Shown one piece after another: positions 13,421 to 26,099 of a DNA stretch of 64,000 nt; the first letter of the stretch is position 1; every line of letters begins with the position of its first letter. Source of the stretch: Negaprion brevirostris. Taxonomy: Eukaryota. The notes beneath the pieces were generated by a model, which was not told the origin of the DNA, ran no database searches, and saw only the letters and a list, made by a program, of their open reading frames with translations. Where the stretch lies: contig JARDVH010000137.1 of assembly GCA_030324005.1 (NCBI GenBank), positions 31,931,888-31,995,887 on the forward strand, given 5' to 3'. The translations under genes and the position numbers were made by a program.

Positions 13421-13754
13421 GTGGGAACTGAATGGGATCCCAAGGAGCGACTGTTCCGTAACTTTGGTGGATTGATCGGGCCCTTTGATGAGCCAATTGC
13501 CATGCAGAAATGGTCCAAAGGCAGTAACATGACTGCCACAGTCGTATGGATTGATCCCACTTACATCATTGCGACATCCTATGACATAACAGTGGATTCA
13601 GAGACAGAATACACACAGTACAAGCCCCCATTAAACCACCCACTGCGGCCTGGCAGCTGGACTGTGCGGGTGCTGCACCTGTGGGTTCTCCTGGCAGAAA
13701 CCAAGTTCCTGGTAGTACCTCTGGCCTTCAGTGGGAAGCAACCATTTAGAAAAG
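13421..13754 (+). CDS. XYLT2: Xylosyltransferase 2, penultimate coding exon
   Basis: Acceptor ccattgttag|GTG and donor AAAG|gtatgt (phase 1). Translates [25 protein letters not shown]...[39 protein letters not shown]. Confidence 0.97.
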
Positions 13755-14190
13755 GTATGTTAAATCCTACACAGTATTGAGGCTGGAATCTGCCTCCTGT
13801 CACATATTTTGCAGCCACACTGCATACAGGCTCACCCTTTTCCATACTGGGCTGCTGTGCTCAGTCAGTCTGGTTTAAAAACATCCTATAGTTCAACAAA
13901 TATTAAAATTGTCGAGGAATTACAGAAAGTGAGTGTTTTCTAATTGGAGCAGAGAAGGTTAAGGGGGCTTTTGACGTGGTCTCGTATGTCAGACTGGTAA
14001 CTAAAGCAAAATTCATTGGACCCAAGGCAAAATTGGCTCAGAGACAGGAAGCTAAAGGTAAAGTTCAATGGACCGTTTTGTGACTGGAAGGTTGTTTCTA
14101 TTGGGGGTCCACAAGGCTCAACTCCCATTCTTTTCTGGTATATAATAAATGATGTAGACTTGAATGTAGAGGGTATAGGATCAGGAGAAT

Positions 14191-14490
14191 GACATGGTGT
14201 CACAGTGGTTAGCACTGCTGCCTCACAACGCCAGAGACCTGGTTCAGTTCCAGACTTGGGTTACTGTCTGTGTGGAGTTTGCACATTCTCCCCGTGTCTG
14301 CATGCATTTCCTCTAGATGCCCCTGTTTCCTCTGTCACTCCAAAGATGTGAGGATTAGGTTGATTGGCCATGCTCAGTTGCCCCTTAGTGTCAGGGAGAT
14401 TAGCAGAGTAAATGCATGGAGTTACGGGGAAAAGGCCTGGGTGGGATTGTTGTTGGTGCAGGCTCGATGGGCTGAATGGTCTCTTCTGCA
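14191..14490 (+). mobile_element. HE1/V-SINE-type SINE, near full length
   Basis: cacagtggttagcactgctgcctcaca...gtgtggagtttgcacattctccccgtgtctgc...ccaaagatgtgaggattaggttgattggccatgct. Confidence 0.88.
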
Positions 14491-15269
14491 GGAATGCTAT
14501 TCTGTGAGGAGGCCATTTGGCCCTTCGAATCGATTATCCAACTCAATAACCTGATCCCACCTTCCCCTATATGATTAAGAAATATGTAGACAATGTAAAA
14601 GTTGGCCTTGTGATTGATGATGAAGATGAGAGCAGGAGGCTTCAGGAAGGTATTGATGGAGCAACCAAATGAGCAGGACGGCAATAAATGGAGAACCTGG
14701 AGAAATGTGAGGTAAAGCATTTGGGGAAGGCTAACAAGTCAAGGGAATACAATAAATGCACAGCATACTGAGAAGTGTAGAAGAACAGAGGAACCTCGAT
14801 ATGCATGTCCACAGATGCCAGAAGGTGAATGAATAAGTAGATAGGGTACTCAAGAAGGCAACCTGAAGAATAAGAGGTTATGGTGGAACTGTATAAAACA
14901 ATCTGCGTGGTTCTAGTCACACATTATGTTCCCCTCGAACTGAGTTGTCAACCACATTGTTGTAGGTTTGGGATCACATGTCGGCCAGACCATGTGAGGA
15001 CAGCAGATGTCCTTCCCTAAAGTCCATTAGTGAACCAGGTGGGTTTTTCCAACAATTGACAATGGTTTCATGGTCATCATTAAAATGGGGAAATCTGGAA
15101 CTCTGTTTTGTTTCCCAAAAAATAATTCCATCATGCTCTAACACACTACCTTCAAAAACTTCTAGACATTGTTGAAAAGTTGTTTGGTACTCCACTGAGG
15201 TCTGGAGGCTTGTTTGGTTGAACTTAAACCATTTATTGATAATTCATAACTATTGACATCTCCAAAGTC

Positions 15270-15900
15270 CTATCATGCATGATTGCTGTCCCCATGCTGG
15301 CTTTTTTCAGACTTTGACATACAATCTACCAGTGTGAGTCTCCACATTGTACCACGGGCACTGCTGTTCTCTAATACCACATTAATCCTTAGTCTCCCAA
15401 GCGCCCTTACACTACCCCTCCCTCAAGTCCTTACAAAATATGTTTACAATACAATCTTTTTTAATTGCTACCCCCTTCGCCCCTCAAGTCTCTGGCTTTG
15501 TAAATTCAGAATGTCCAGAATCGCAACAGTTCTCCCAGATCGTGTTCTGTCACGTTTGGAGAAATGGTAGTCCCTGCTATTTTTTGTTGACTTTGTTGGT
15601 TTGGTGCTGCATTTGTAGTGCTCAATGTTTCTGGTACTTGATTGCCTCCATTCAGGTCACGTTTTGTACTCCTTCAAGTCGCATTTCTCTTTATTGACAG
15701 TCCATCTACTTGGTTCAGGCACCTTGGGTTTGACTGTTCTTTTTCAAAGGTAACTTGTTTCACAGTTTTAGCCAAATATTTGTTTGCATTCTCATTTTCC
15801 TAATCCTTTTTCGAGCCTATTTTTTGTTCATTTACTCAGCAGTTACTCTGGTGAGTTCAGTTGCCTTTGTCTAACAGTTATCTGCTTTTAAAGTCAGGAT
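15270..15900 (-). mobile_element. Probable Gypsy-like 3' internal remnant
   Basis: Minus strand encodes RTRSGRTV, typical of integrase C-terminal tails, followed by a purine tract gaggggcgaagggg. Confidence 0.4.
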
Positions 15901-16337
15901 TTGCTCTTCCGCACATTTTGCTCTCCCAGGTGTACCTTTCATGTTTTTCACATAGGATTGAAGTTCAAGTATTACATTACTCCTTTCATGATGCTTACCA
16001 GATACTTCTGAGATTTGAAATGCGTACATTTCTAATTTNNNNNNNNNNNNNNNNNNNNNNNNNNNNNNNNNNNNNNNNNNNNNNNNNNNNNNNNNNNNNN
16101 NNNNNNNNNNNNNNNNNNNNNNNNNNNNNNNNNNNNNNNNNNNNNNNNNNNNNNNNNNNNNNNNNNNNNNNNNNNNNNNNNNNNNNNNNNNNNNNNNNNN
16201 NNNNNNNNNNNNNNNNNNNNNNNNNNNNNNNNNNNNNNNNNNNNNNNNNNNNNNNNNNNNNNNNNNNNNNNNNNNNNNNNNNNNNNNNNNNNNNNNNNNN
16301 NNNNNNNNNNNNNNNNNNNNNNNNNNNNNNNNNNNNT

Positions 16338-16596
16338 ACTCCCACATCCCCATATATTTACCTGCTAATCCCTCTAACCTATGCATCTCAGGACACTAAG
16401 GGGCAATTTTAGCATGGCCAGTTGACCTAACGCGCACATCTTTGGACTGTGGGAGGAAACTGGAGCATCCGGAGGTAACCCACACAGACGTGACAAGAAT
16501 GTGCAAACCCCACACAGTTAGTGACCCAAGTCGGGAATTGAACCTAGGTCCCTGGAGCTGTGAAGCAGCAGTGCTAACTATTGTGTTACCGTGCCA
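16338..16596 (-). mobile_element. HE1/V-SINE-type SINE
   Basis: gacactaaggggcaattttagcatggcc...ctttggactgtgggaggaaactggagcatccggagg...gcagcagtgctaac. Confidence 0.88.
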
Positions 16597-17426
16597 GCCT
16601 TCATTGGATTTAAATTTTCAGTCTTATTTCTGTATTTCTTTTCTCTGTCTTTATTTTAATTTCAGTGTCAGCCAGATCTGTCTTCAGTAAAGTCTTAACT
16701 TTGTTATTTCTCTCAGCTTGGGAAGTTCAATGGCTTTTCTTTTCAATGCCTCCTTATTTCCATTCAGCTGGTTCTTCAGCTCTGTTTCTTGTATCTTTTA
16801 CATTCCTCCTAGAATATGGAACGTTGCTGAGTCTTCTCTGCCACTGGTTCTTTAGTTCATTAAGACTGACATTAAATTCATTTTGCTTCTCTTTGAAATT
16901 TTTGAGAGGAACAAACTTGACCTGAGGGATCCTTGTAGTGTGTAAATGTAATTCAGCAGAGTCTCCTTGACTTTAATCTGCTGTTCTTCTATTCTTTTAT
17001 TCAAGAACCTTCATTACTTCACTTGAAGGGTTATGTGCNNNNNNNNNNNNNNNNNNNNNNNNNNNNNNNNNNNNNNNNNNNNNNNNNNNNNNNNNNNNNN
17101 NNNNNNNNNNNNNNNNNNNNNNNNNNNNNNNNNNNNNNTATGTGCTCCTTTTGGATTTGATCTTGAAAGATGATGATCAACTGTGCTTCCAGTTGTTTAT
17201 TTTCTTGTTAATCTCTTGTCAACCCATGCTGCACTTCAGTGCATCGATTTATCACTACTGAGGGTTCTAGTGCAGCTTTTACTGAAGTAGTATTCAACAT
17301 TGTTTAAGACTCCCCTCAAATGTTATCCCTTTGACCAAGTTTTTGTTTTTTTCCCATAATATTACTTTATGTGGGCTGATGTGGAATTTTGCTTTATAAC
17401 GCTGCTGTGAAGCACATTGGGACATT

Positions 17427-17790
17427 CATAGAATCCCTGCAGTGCAGAAAGAGGCCATTCGGCCCCTCAAGTCTGCACTGATTCTCAGAATATGCATCCC
17501 ACCCAAGCCCTCTCCTCCACTCTATCCCCTTAACTCTGTACATTTACCTTGATTTATCCACCTAATCTGTACATTTTTGGANNNNNNNNNNCACTAAGGG
17601 GCAATTTAGCATGGCCAGTCAACCTAACCTGCACGTCTTTGGACTGTGGGAGGAAACCGAATCACCCGGAGGCAACCCATGCCGACAACACGCAAACTCT
17701 ACACAAACACTCGCCCAAGGCTGGAATCAGACCCAGTTCCCTGGTGCTGTGAGGCAACAGTGCTAACCGCAGTGCCAGCTTGCCACCATT
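17427..17790 (-). mobile_element. HE1/V-SINE-type SINE
   Basis: Same core and head as 16338-16596, plus the catagaatccctgcagtgcaga tail. Confidence 0.85.
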
Positions 17791-18499
17791 TATACAAAAG
17801 GTGCTATGTAAATGTAAGTTGTTGTCAGTGGTGTTACCGTGGTATCTGGGTCAGCTACCAGCAGACATATATTTAAGGTAGTTGATAAAAGAACCAGGGA
17901 GAGATGAGAGTATTTTTATGTAGTGAAATGTTGTGACCTGGAACACGCTGCCAGACAGACTGCTGGATGTAAATTTGTTAATAATTGTCATGAAGGAATT
18001 TGGATACATGCTTGAAGTGGAGACCTTTGCCGTGCTATGAAGCAAAGGCAAGGGGAGTGGGGCTTATTAGCTGAAGAGTCACATTGGGCCATATGGTCTC
18101 ATTCAGGCTGTATGATTTACTTGAGAGTAACAGTAGCTCTGTGCTATAAAGAGTGTATGGTCGGTCTCTCAATCCCAATGTTTCTCTGTTGGTGGTGGCT
18201 CTGAGTTGATCTCCATGCTGCACAGTACATTGAACGTGCTGGATTGCTGGGTTCCAGTTGACTGACGGAACCCTCCACTATAATTCTGGAAGGCTCTGCA
18301 TTACAATCCCAGATCATGAGTGCCCCAGGTTAGCCTGTTTTGTCAAGAGGGTTGTGAGGATTAGAAACCTGAACTCAAATGGGAAATCGACAAAGCAGTT
18401 CCATTTGCCGTGAGTGATTGGTGCAAGCTGCTTGAACCAGGTCATAGACAAGAGGTAAGATAATCTTTGGAATTGCATTCCATTTCCATCTTATCAAAG

Positions 18500-18775
18500 A
18501 GTGATTTTGCATTTATATGGTGCCTTTTGCAACCTCAGGTCACCCCAAAAGGCTTTATAACCACAAAAAAAGTTTGAATTGTAGTCACTGTAGCATTGCA
18601 GAAAATGTGGCAGCCAGAAGATTTTGCAATTGTAACCTATTAAATAGCTGCTTGGATGAATAAATATTGACCAGGACATTGGGGATATCCACCCTGCTGC
18701 TTGTAAAATAGTGCTCTGGGATCTTTTGCAGCCACCTGAGGGGCAGACAAGGCCACACTTAGAAACTGTCCTATC
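18500..18775 (-). mobile_element. Deu-domain SINE remnant (SacSINE1/AmnSINE-like)
   Basis: Minus strand reads ctcaggtggctgcaaaagatcccagagcactatttt...gtcctggtcaatatttatt, resembling the Deu domain. Confidence 0.65.
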
Positions 18776-18878
18776 GAGAGAAGGGTGGAGGAAGATCGCC
18801 ACTGCTCACTTATGTTTTACAGCTGCCATTCTCAATCATTCAGTAAAAATAAACTTTTTTCTCCTTTCTGTGATCCAG

Positions 18879-19201
18879 GACAAGACCAGTGGTTACATGC
18901 TGGCCCACCAAACAATGAGTATATGGACCAGAGCTTCCAGCACCTAAGTGGGATTTTGAACATTCCTCCACCAGATGTTGCTGTGAGGGAGGCGCTAAGT
19001 AATGCTCAGCTATTCGGAAAATCCCTGGAATCGTGGGTGTACGAGAGCGTGGGCAAGTTCTGGTCAGCTACCAATACCTGTGCAGTTGAATCTTCACCAT
19101 GCCCATTACTGCCGCCCTGTCAAAAGACTGCCTGGAGTTCTCTATCAGACGACCCCAAATCTGAACTGGGATCAGTCAAAGGTGACGGTCGTCTGAGGTA
19201 G
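18879..19201 (+). CDS. XYLT2: Xylosyltransferase 2, last coding exon
   Basis: Acceptor ctcctttctgtgatccag|GA fits the phase-1 donor. [24 protein letters not shown]...[22 protein letters not shown] is the canonical XYLT C-terminus. Confidence 0.97.
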
Positions 19202-19929
19202 CACAGGAGGTGGGGGTTGTGGGGAGGAAGGTGCACAGGAGTCAACCGAGCAGAAAGAAACCTACTTGTGAACTGGCGCATTGATCCAGTGTCCTGTCAC
19301 TAGTGGCCAGAAGAATGACTGCAGCATGTTAAAAAGACAGCACAGAGTTTAAGCGAAAGACGAAACAACAGACTACAGATACCCTGCGTCAAAAGGTCGA
19401 CCCAGTCCAATGCAACAGTTGGATTTTTGGCAGGATTTGAACTGCGGTGTCTGTTCTCAGCACATGGTGGCTGCAAGAGGAATTATGGTACAGAGGTCCC
19501 TGGTTGAATGGCCATCAGTTGAACAGAATGGCGGAGCCTGAACATTACTAGTTTCACCCAGATGCCTCTGGAATCTTTGTTTCTGCACACTTTTTCTGGG
19601 GTCTAGTTTGGGTGGAATGAAATGATCTGATGATTTGAAAGCCATCACCAACATTCTTTAGAAGAAGTGACCAACTAATTAAGTTGTTAAACATTAACAT
19701 ATAGCCCCAACTTCAGAACTCTTGTTGAAAAATATTGTCTTCAGATTTTGCTCATCAAGCAGAACGATATCAGTGCTGGGAAATGGAGCACTTTCCATTT
19801 CAGGCATCCAGTATTATCATCAAACACTTCCAAGGGCAGATACAGCACAGGTTAGAGAAAAAGTAAAGCTCCCTCTTCACCGTCCCATAATATACTCCTA
19901 AACAGGTACAGTACTTGTTAGACACAAAG

Positions 19930-20053
19930 GGCAGGATTTTACGGCCTCGCTTGTCCCGAAACAGTAAAATCCCACCTGAAGTCAACACACATTTCCATTG
20001 TCCTCTCTCACCTGCTCCGATTCTGTGGCAGGCAGGGTGGTAAAACTCCAGCC
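19930..20053. mobile_element. Short MITE (Harbinger-type TIRs) inside a degenerate satellite-like repeat
   Basis: Termini ggcaggatttt...aaaactccagcc, flanked on both sides by aaag. Confidence 0.65.
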
Positions 20054-21348
20054 AAAGTAGAGCTCCCTCTATACTGTCATAAAGCACTCCCATGGCAAAG
20101 ACAGCATACGTTGCATATAGAGTAAAGCTCCCCCATACTGTCCCAACAGCAAAATTCAACCCTAATCTCAGATGTGTGCATTTTAGTGTAGCCATATGAT
20201 TACTTTCCACTTCTTACACCAGCCATTCTGACTGAGATTCCCAAGGTAGTGCTGAATGAACAAATATGGAAGGATTTAGTTTCTAATCGGCCCAGTCACC
20301 TCCATGGGGGATGTCACGAACGGCTTAGTATTCATTTTATTACAATTAACAATCCAATCATTTTTAAGACACACCAAATACAAATGAGCATATGGATGAT
20401 GATGTAAAAATAGTGAGCAATGATTCTTAAAACTAATGTCTGGTTAGATGGGGCAGTAGTGAGGGCATTGAGTAGTGCAACTCTCAATCATGGACTAGTG
20501 ACCTGTATTGGAAAGGACAGCATTGGATTTATCATGTGGGTTTCTGTGTTTGAATTGCTTTTTGATTCCCATTGTCTTGGTTGATAAAACAATGATCAAT
20601 TGTGTGATGTGCAGATTTAAGGTAATGACAAAATAGTAGGGGTGAACAATGAGTAGAATTTCTTAATTCAGTTACTTAAGATCCGGAATGCACTGCCTGA
20701 ACTGGCATGGAGGCAGATGCATCATAAACTTCCATATTTGAGTTGGATTCTTCAAAAGATTTGTGAAGCTGTAGGGAAAAGGGGAGTGAGACAAATTGCA
20801 TTGCTTCTCAAAAGAGCCAACATAAGGCATGTGTGGCCTCCTTCTTCTGTGCTGTATATTTCTATAATCAGAGCGTGAGCTGTGCTGTACCCCAGTAAAG
20901 GAAGAACTTTTAAAAACATTTTTCACTCTGGAATAGTTGTTGGCACACAGATTAGTTTTCATTTGAGAAACATATGATATGGTAGTGCTTCCTGTATCAG
21001 TGCAGCATCCTGGCTGACCTTACTCCCCTATTTCACTTTAAAAACAAAGAAATTTGGAGTCTGGCATTGAAAGATCTGGTTCATTGAAAAGTCTTTCCAT
21101 TCAAATTTGCTACCCATGACTACCTGGCCAACTTGTTTTAATGAGGACAATACCTAATGGAATATTGTGTAGTTCCTGTAATATAGAAAATGATATGTAC
21201 ATAGTGTATAGTTACTTCAGTATATGACCATATCCACATTATAACGTGATGAAACCCCTTCCCTGATTCAGCTGTCAAGATCAGTATCTTGCTTCTTTGT
21301 CCTACCCCTCAAAACCCACAGAAAAATGAGAATACATATTTTTTCAGA

Positions 21349-21354
21349 AATAAA
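21349..21354 (+). promoter_or_regulatory. Candidate XYLT2 polyadenylation signal
   Basis: AATAAA about 2.1 kb after the stop codon; position only, no transcript evidence. Confidence 0.3.
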
Positions 21355-21362
21355 GTATACAG

Positions 21363-23849
21363 TGTTATGATCTCTGTCGAAACCAGTAACTTTCTTTGAA
21401 AAGTAGACAACATTGGAAAGTCCCAGCTACTTGCTAAAAGAATGAAGCCACAGTTTAAAATAGAATAATGTTTTACTATACAAGGGTCAACAGAGCATAA
21501 ACTTAAGTATTATCTATCCTGTTCTCTAACATCTGGAATTTGCAAGTTAAATAATTAACAGGCAAATCATGGTTGAATATAAAATATAAATTGAAAATCA
21601 AATGACAGTTACAACTAAGCCAGATCTTGTATTGTCTCAGCAGTCCACTCAAATTTTAATGATCACTGAGTCACAAAGTCCTTCAAGCTCTTTATCCCAC
21701 TCGAGGAATTTCAACTCTCCTCTTCTTAGAGCTAGTTTGATTCCTAACCAATAGCAGCGCATAACTAGTCTGTGCTCCCCAAGCGCAGCCTTCACTATAA
21801 ATGACACACGTCCTTCAGCTCAGTCTGAATGGGACAGGTCCACAGATGTTATCTTCCAGTAACAGAAGCAGTTGCAGTAAATTATTCACAGCTTCTCGAT
21901 CGGGACTGCCATCTTCAGTCTTCAGCTTGCTTATGCTGCATCAGCGGTCTCTTAACTGTTACTGCTGCTTGGACTGATCTGTATCCATTTTGAAGCTTTC
22001 AACAAGGTTTCCATTTTAATTACCCAAGTTTAATTTGTTTATGGTTTCCTTAGAAACTGGGAAGTTCAGTTTTATTTCAATGTTTACCTTTACTGCTTCC
22101 CTTTCAGTCTTTTCTCAGTTCAGTTTCTGACTTAAGATAAGGTTTGCCTCAAAAAACATGAATTAAATTTAACAATACAGATTCTCTCACACTGTTATCC
22201 CCAGAAAGGACAGGGTAAAGGAAACTTTACAATAATGAAAGTTTCTATACAATAACTTTGCACTTACAATATTTTCTTATCATTTTCAACATTTTAACCA
22301 ATATGTAATAACATACTATACGGATAACCTATTATTACACAATTGCATATATTTACAAAGTTGTAAGGGCCTAATCAAAGCAAAGTACGTAAATGTAATA
22401 AGTAGAATTAGCAGGATTAATCATAAAATTGTCTCCTACAACCTATTTTTTGAACTCTGGACATAGGAGAAATGATTACATTGTTCTACCAACAACATGC
22501 TCGGTCTTTAAAGTCAAGTTTATGTATTAGTCACAAGTAAGGCTTACATTAACACTGCAGTGAAGTTACTGTGAAATTCCCCTAGTCGCCACAGTCCAGC
22601 ACCTGTTCGGGAAAATGTTCCTAACCTACACGTGTTTCAGAATGTGGGAGGAAACTGGAGCACATGGAGGAAACCCATGCAGACACGGGGAGAACGTGCA
22701 AACTCCACACAGGCAGTGACCCAAGCCGGGAATCGAACCCGGGTCCCTGGCACTGAAACAGCGGACTGTGTTACCATGCCACCCAGATTAGGTTGAAGAG
22801 CTGCAACAACAAGCTCCAGTGAAACAACTGAAGATTCTTCATGTGGAATTTCTCCAAAATCAGCAATGGATAATGATCCGTATAAATCAATGTTTCTCCT
22901 TGATTAGTCTCTCTCATATCCCGGTATCAAAGTATGTCTTTAGCCAGCTCATGCAGTCAGATTTCCTTCTTTCTTTGAAGCTGTCTTTCCTTATCTCTCT
23001 CCTCCTTTGCTAATCTGTCTGGTAGTTCAAATTCAAGCCTTCACTGTTCTCTTTCTTCCTTTTTTTACGTTTTTTTCATTTATTTTCTGAGTTTTGAGTT
23101 TTTGCTTCATCTATCTTAAGCTGCTTCATTTCTTGTTTTTCAATCTTTTTTATGTGCAACTGAATTCTAGACAACTCGAGCAGCATTGTACCTGAATCAG
23201 GCTTTTATTGTTCCAGTGTCAGATTTTGTGCAATTATTCAGTTAGGTCTGCTTTTTTAGCCCCTGTTTTTAACTCCAACTTTTCTGCTAATGCTGTTCAT
23301 CTAATCTTGGTTAATTGTAGCAAGTCAATTGGGCTTAAATCGTCTGTTTCCAGAAAAGTGGTAGTAATTGACAGAACTATCACATTTTTCAAGAAGTATA
23401 GTAAAATTTATGATGAAATCCTGTTCAGCCTAACTTCAGCAATTACCAGTATCTGCACCTCTGGATCAGAATTGTGGATGAGCACCAACTTTATTGCAAT
23501 CTCAGTAAAAACCAGTAGTTTTGTTTTAAAATAGACAAAGGTCTACTTTAAAACACTAAAGGTCTTTCTACCCTAAAGGTTGCCTTGGTTGCTAAGCAAC
23601 ATCTCATTCTTTCTCCAAGCTCATATTTACTTTTCCCATTGTATATCCTCCCTCAGCGCAATAGAGACACAGTTTGAACCGAATCCAAACAGCCCCATAC
23701 ACGTGAACACCTTTGATCAACATGAATCTAACTAGAGTTGTACCCTTTCCTACACAAAACACTAAATTAAACCCCACTTAAATCTATACCTTATTTCTAA
23801 TATTCAACAATGCAAATATAGATCATTTAAACCTACCTGTTTCCTGACA
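21363..23849 (-). mobile_element. LTR-retroelement remnants (LTR-like ends, gag-like N-terminus ~23000-23330) with an inserted SINE at ~22510-22785
   Basis: Minus-strand start TGTCAGGAAACAGG at 23849, decayed gag-like LAEKLELKTGAKKADL, and the SINE core at 22640-22760. Confidence 0.5.
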
Positions 23850-26099
23850 CTCAAAAACATACAAATTAAATTTAAAGGTACAGATTCCCTCAATGTTAAA
23901 TCAGCAATTGAAAGGTAATTGCAATTCATTTGGCCCCACTAACCCATAATGGAGTTTATGCTCCAGAAGAGTTTCCTTCCACATGTCTTTATCTAACCCT
24001 GCCAACATACACTTCTATTGCTTTCTCATTATCTAGCTTCCCCTCCAGGGCATCTGTACTATTTGCCTGTGAGTAGCGAGTTCCACATTCCCACTACTAA
24101 AAATAGTATTATCTGGTCATTACCATTTTTTTTGTTTGTGAGAGTTTGTTGAGTGTAAGTTGGCTGCTCCACTTCCCAGCATTATAATGAATACACTTCA
24201 AAAAATACTACTTTGGCTGCAAAGCAACTTGAGATATCCGACCATTGCCAAAAGTGCTATTTCACTGCAGTATTTTACTATTCAGATAAAAAAATTTCTC
24301 CTCAATTTCCTACTGGACTCATTCATGGCTATCTTAAATTTATATTTATAGCTTCAGAGTACAGACACAGTGAAAAGGATCTGTTACACTTTTTTTTTTG
24401 AATCCTCAAATAAATGATTTTCCAACTTTCCCCAATGAGTCTGTTCAGATTTATGTGGTCATTGGTTGAGCCATCTACCTCAAAATGCCTAGTTAGATCT
24501 CGAACAAATTGTTTCTTGGGTGTTTGGCTGCAACACCTTTTTTAGGTGCAAAAAATAGCACCCAAAATTCCTTCTGTTGATCAGCCCAGCAAACTCCCTT
24601 TCCCCAACACCACTGACCAGGTCAGTGGCTCAGCTGGAGGCAGGATTCACTGGATGGGCAATAGGTTAAGGGAGCAATGGACTGGATGGAGGGGAAATAG
24701 GTTGGATAGCCAATTAACCAACATTGGAATTTGGTGGCAGGATTAATGGATTGTGATGCATCCTAGGAATGGAAAGATCTTAGTGCAGGTAGAACTAATG
24801 GAGTTAACTGAAATGGATTGAGCTGGTGATGGACTGAAATGACCAATTGATGTTTATGAATGGTGGAGCGAGGTTTATGATGGAAAAGGCACATGAAGAA
24901 CTGAAATGAGCTGGTGGAAAGATTCGGGGAGTGTTCTTATGATGGATGGAGCTAGTGATAAAAGAAATGGGTGAACGAAAGTGATTAATTTAATGATGGA
25001 AAAAGATGTATTTTTTCCTTTTGTTCAATGACGCAAAAGCAGAGTAAATGGGAAACAAACTTTGGTGTTGTAACATTTATTTCAATTGGTTTACATTTTG
25101 AACAAATGTTCAGTCTTAGCAGACTTGCAGTTTTAATGTATCGTAAGTATATAACTGATTCTAACTATGCTGATGGTGTACACCTAAGAGGAGCATAAAA
25201 TAAGGTATACATTTGTGCAAAAACATTCAGAAAAATGTGTCTTAATTACAGCAGCAGTGCATTTTGTTAGACACATTTAGTATTGTGATTATCGGACAAT
25301 TTTGAGACATAAATTCCTTGTAACAAAGATTGGCATGACCTTTCTGGAGCTTCTGGCTTTAAACCATGTGATTTCTGAAGGTGCTGTGGTTTGTAGACTT
25401 TTAATAACCCACTCTTCCATCCATCCAGGAAGAGGAATTTATCATCCAGGACTCAAATAGGCAAATAAATATTGGCTTGGATTAAAGATTCACTTTTTTG
25501 GGAAATCTGTGCCCTGAAGTTAGCAAAAATGAGCCAGGTTGTCAAATTGCTACTCTCAAATAGAAGCAGGAAGCATACCTTTAATTCAGGGTACAAGGGA
25601 AACTGGTTCACATGAGTCTATGAAAAAATGATGGAAATAAAGGCTTGTTTAGTGTGTGTTAACATTTTCAGTATATGAAGACTCCTGATCACAGCTTGCT
25701 GCCTACAGTATCTTCCTGTAAGAGTTAGAAATAACAATTGGATCTTCAGATATGATGCATGGAGCTGCTTATTCAGGGTTCAAATAGTCTAGAATTTCAA
25801 AATGATTAATAACTCTGAGGAAGATTGAGTTAGGAGAGGTTAAGTGGAAATCAATGAGGATGTGCTTGCCATCAGTTTTTATCCAGGAGGGTGACCATGG
25901 AATAAGAGGTAAGTCCTGACTTTATTTGTTCACAGGATATGAGTTTTTCTGGCATTTTCAGCCATCCTTAATTGTCCTTGATTAAAATGAGGTAAGAAAT
26001 ATTGTAAATAAAAGGAAAGTTGGAGAGAATTTAGGTTAGATAAAGAGGGAGAAAACTCCAGGATCCTAAGAGAAATGGGCCTAAAAAGGAAAGGCCTTG

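Noticed and set aside
14191-14270. tRNA genes at SINE heads (also ~55275-55360)
   Set aside because: The A/B-box-like heads continue into SINE bodies and do not form a complete cloverleaf.
15861-16412. Long ORFs containing X runs (also near 30187, 45786, 50743, 56060, 61935)
   Set aside because: They are open only because they span N gaps.
18785-18878. N-terminal part of the 138-aa ORF (MEEDRHC...)
   Set aside because: Intronic; XYLT2 similarity begins at the acceptor at 18879.
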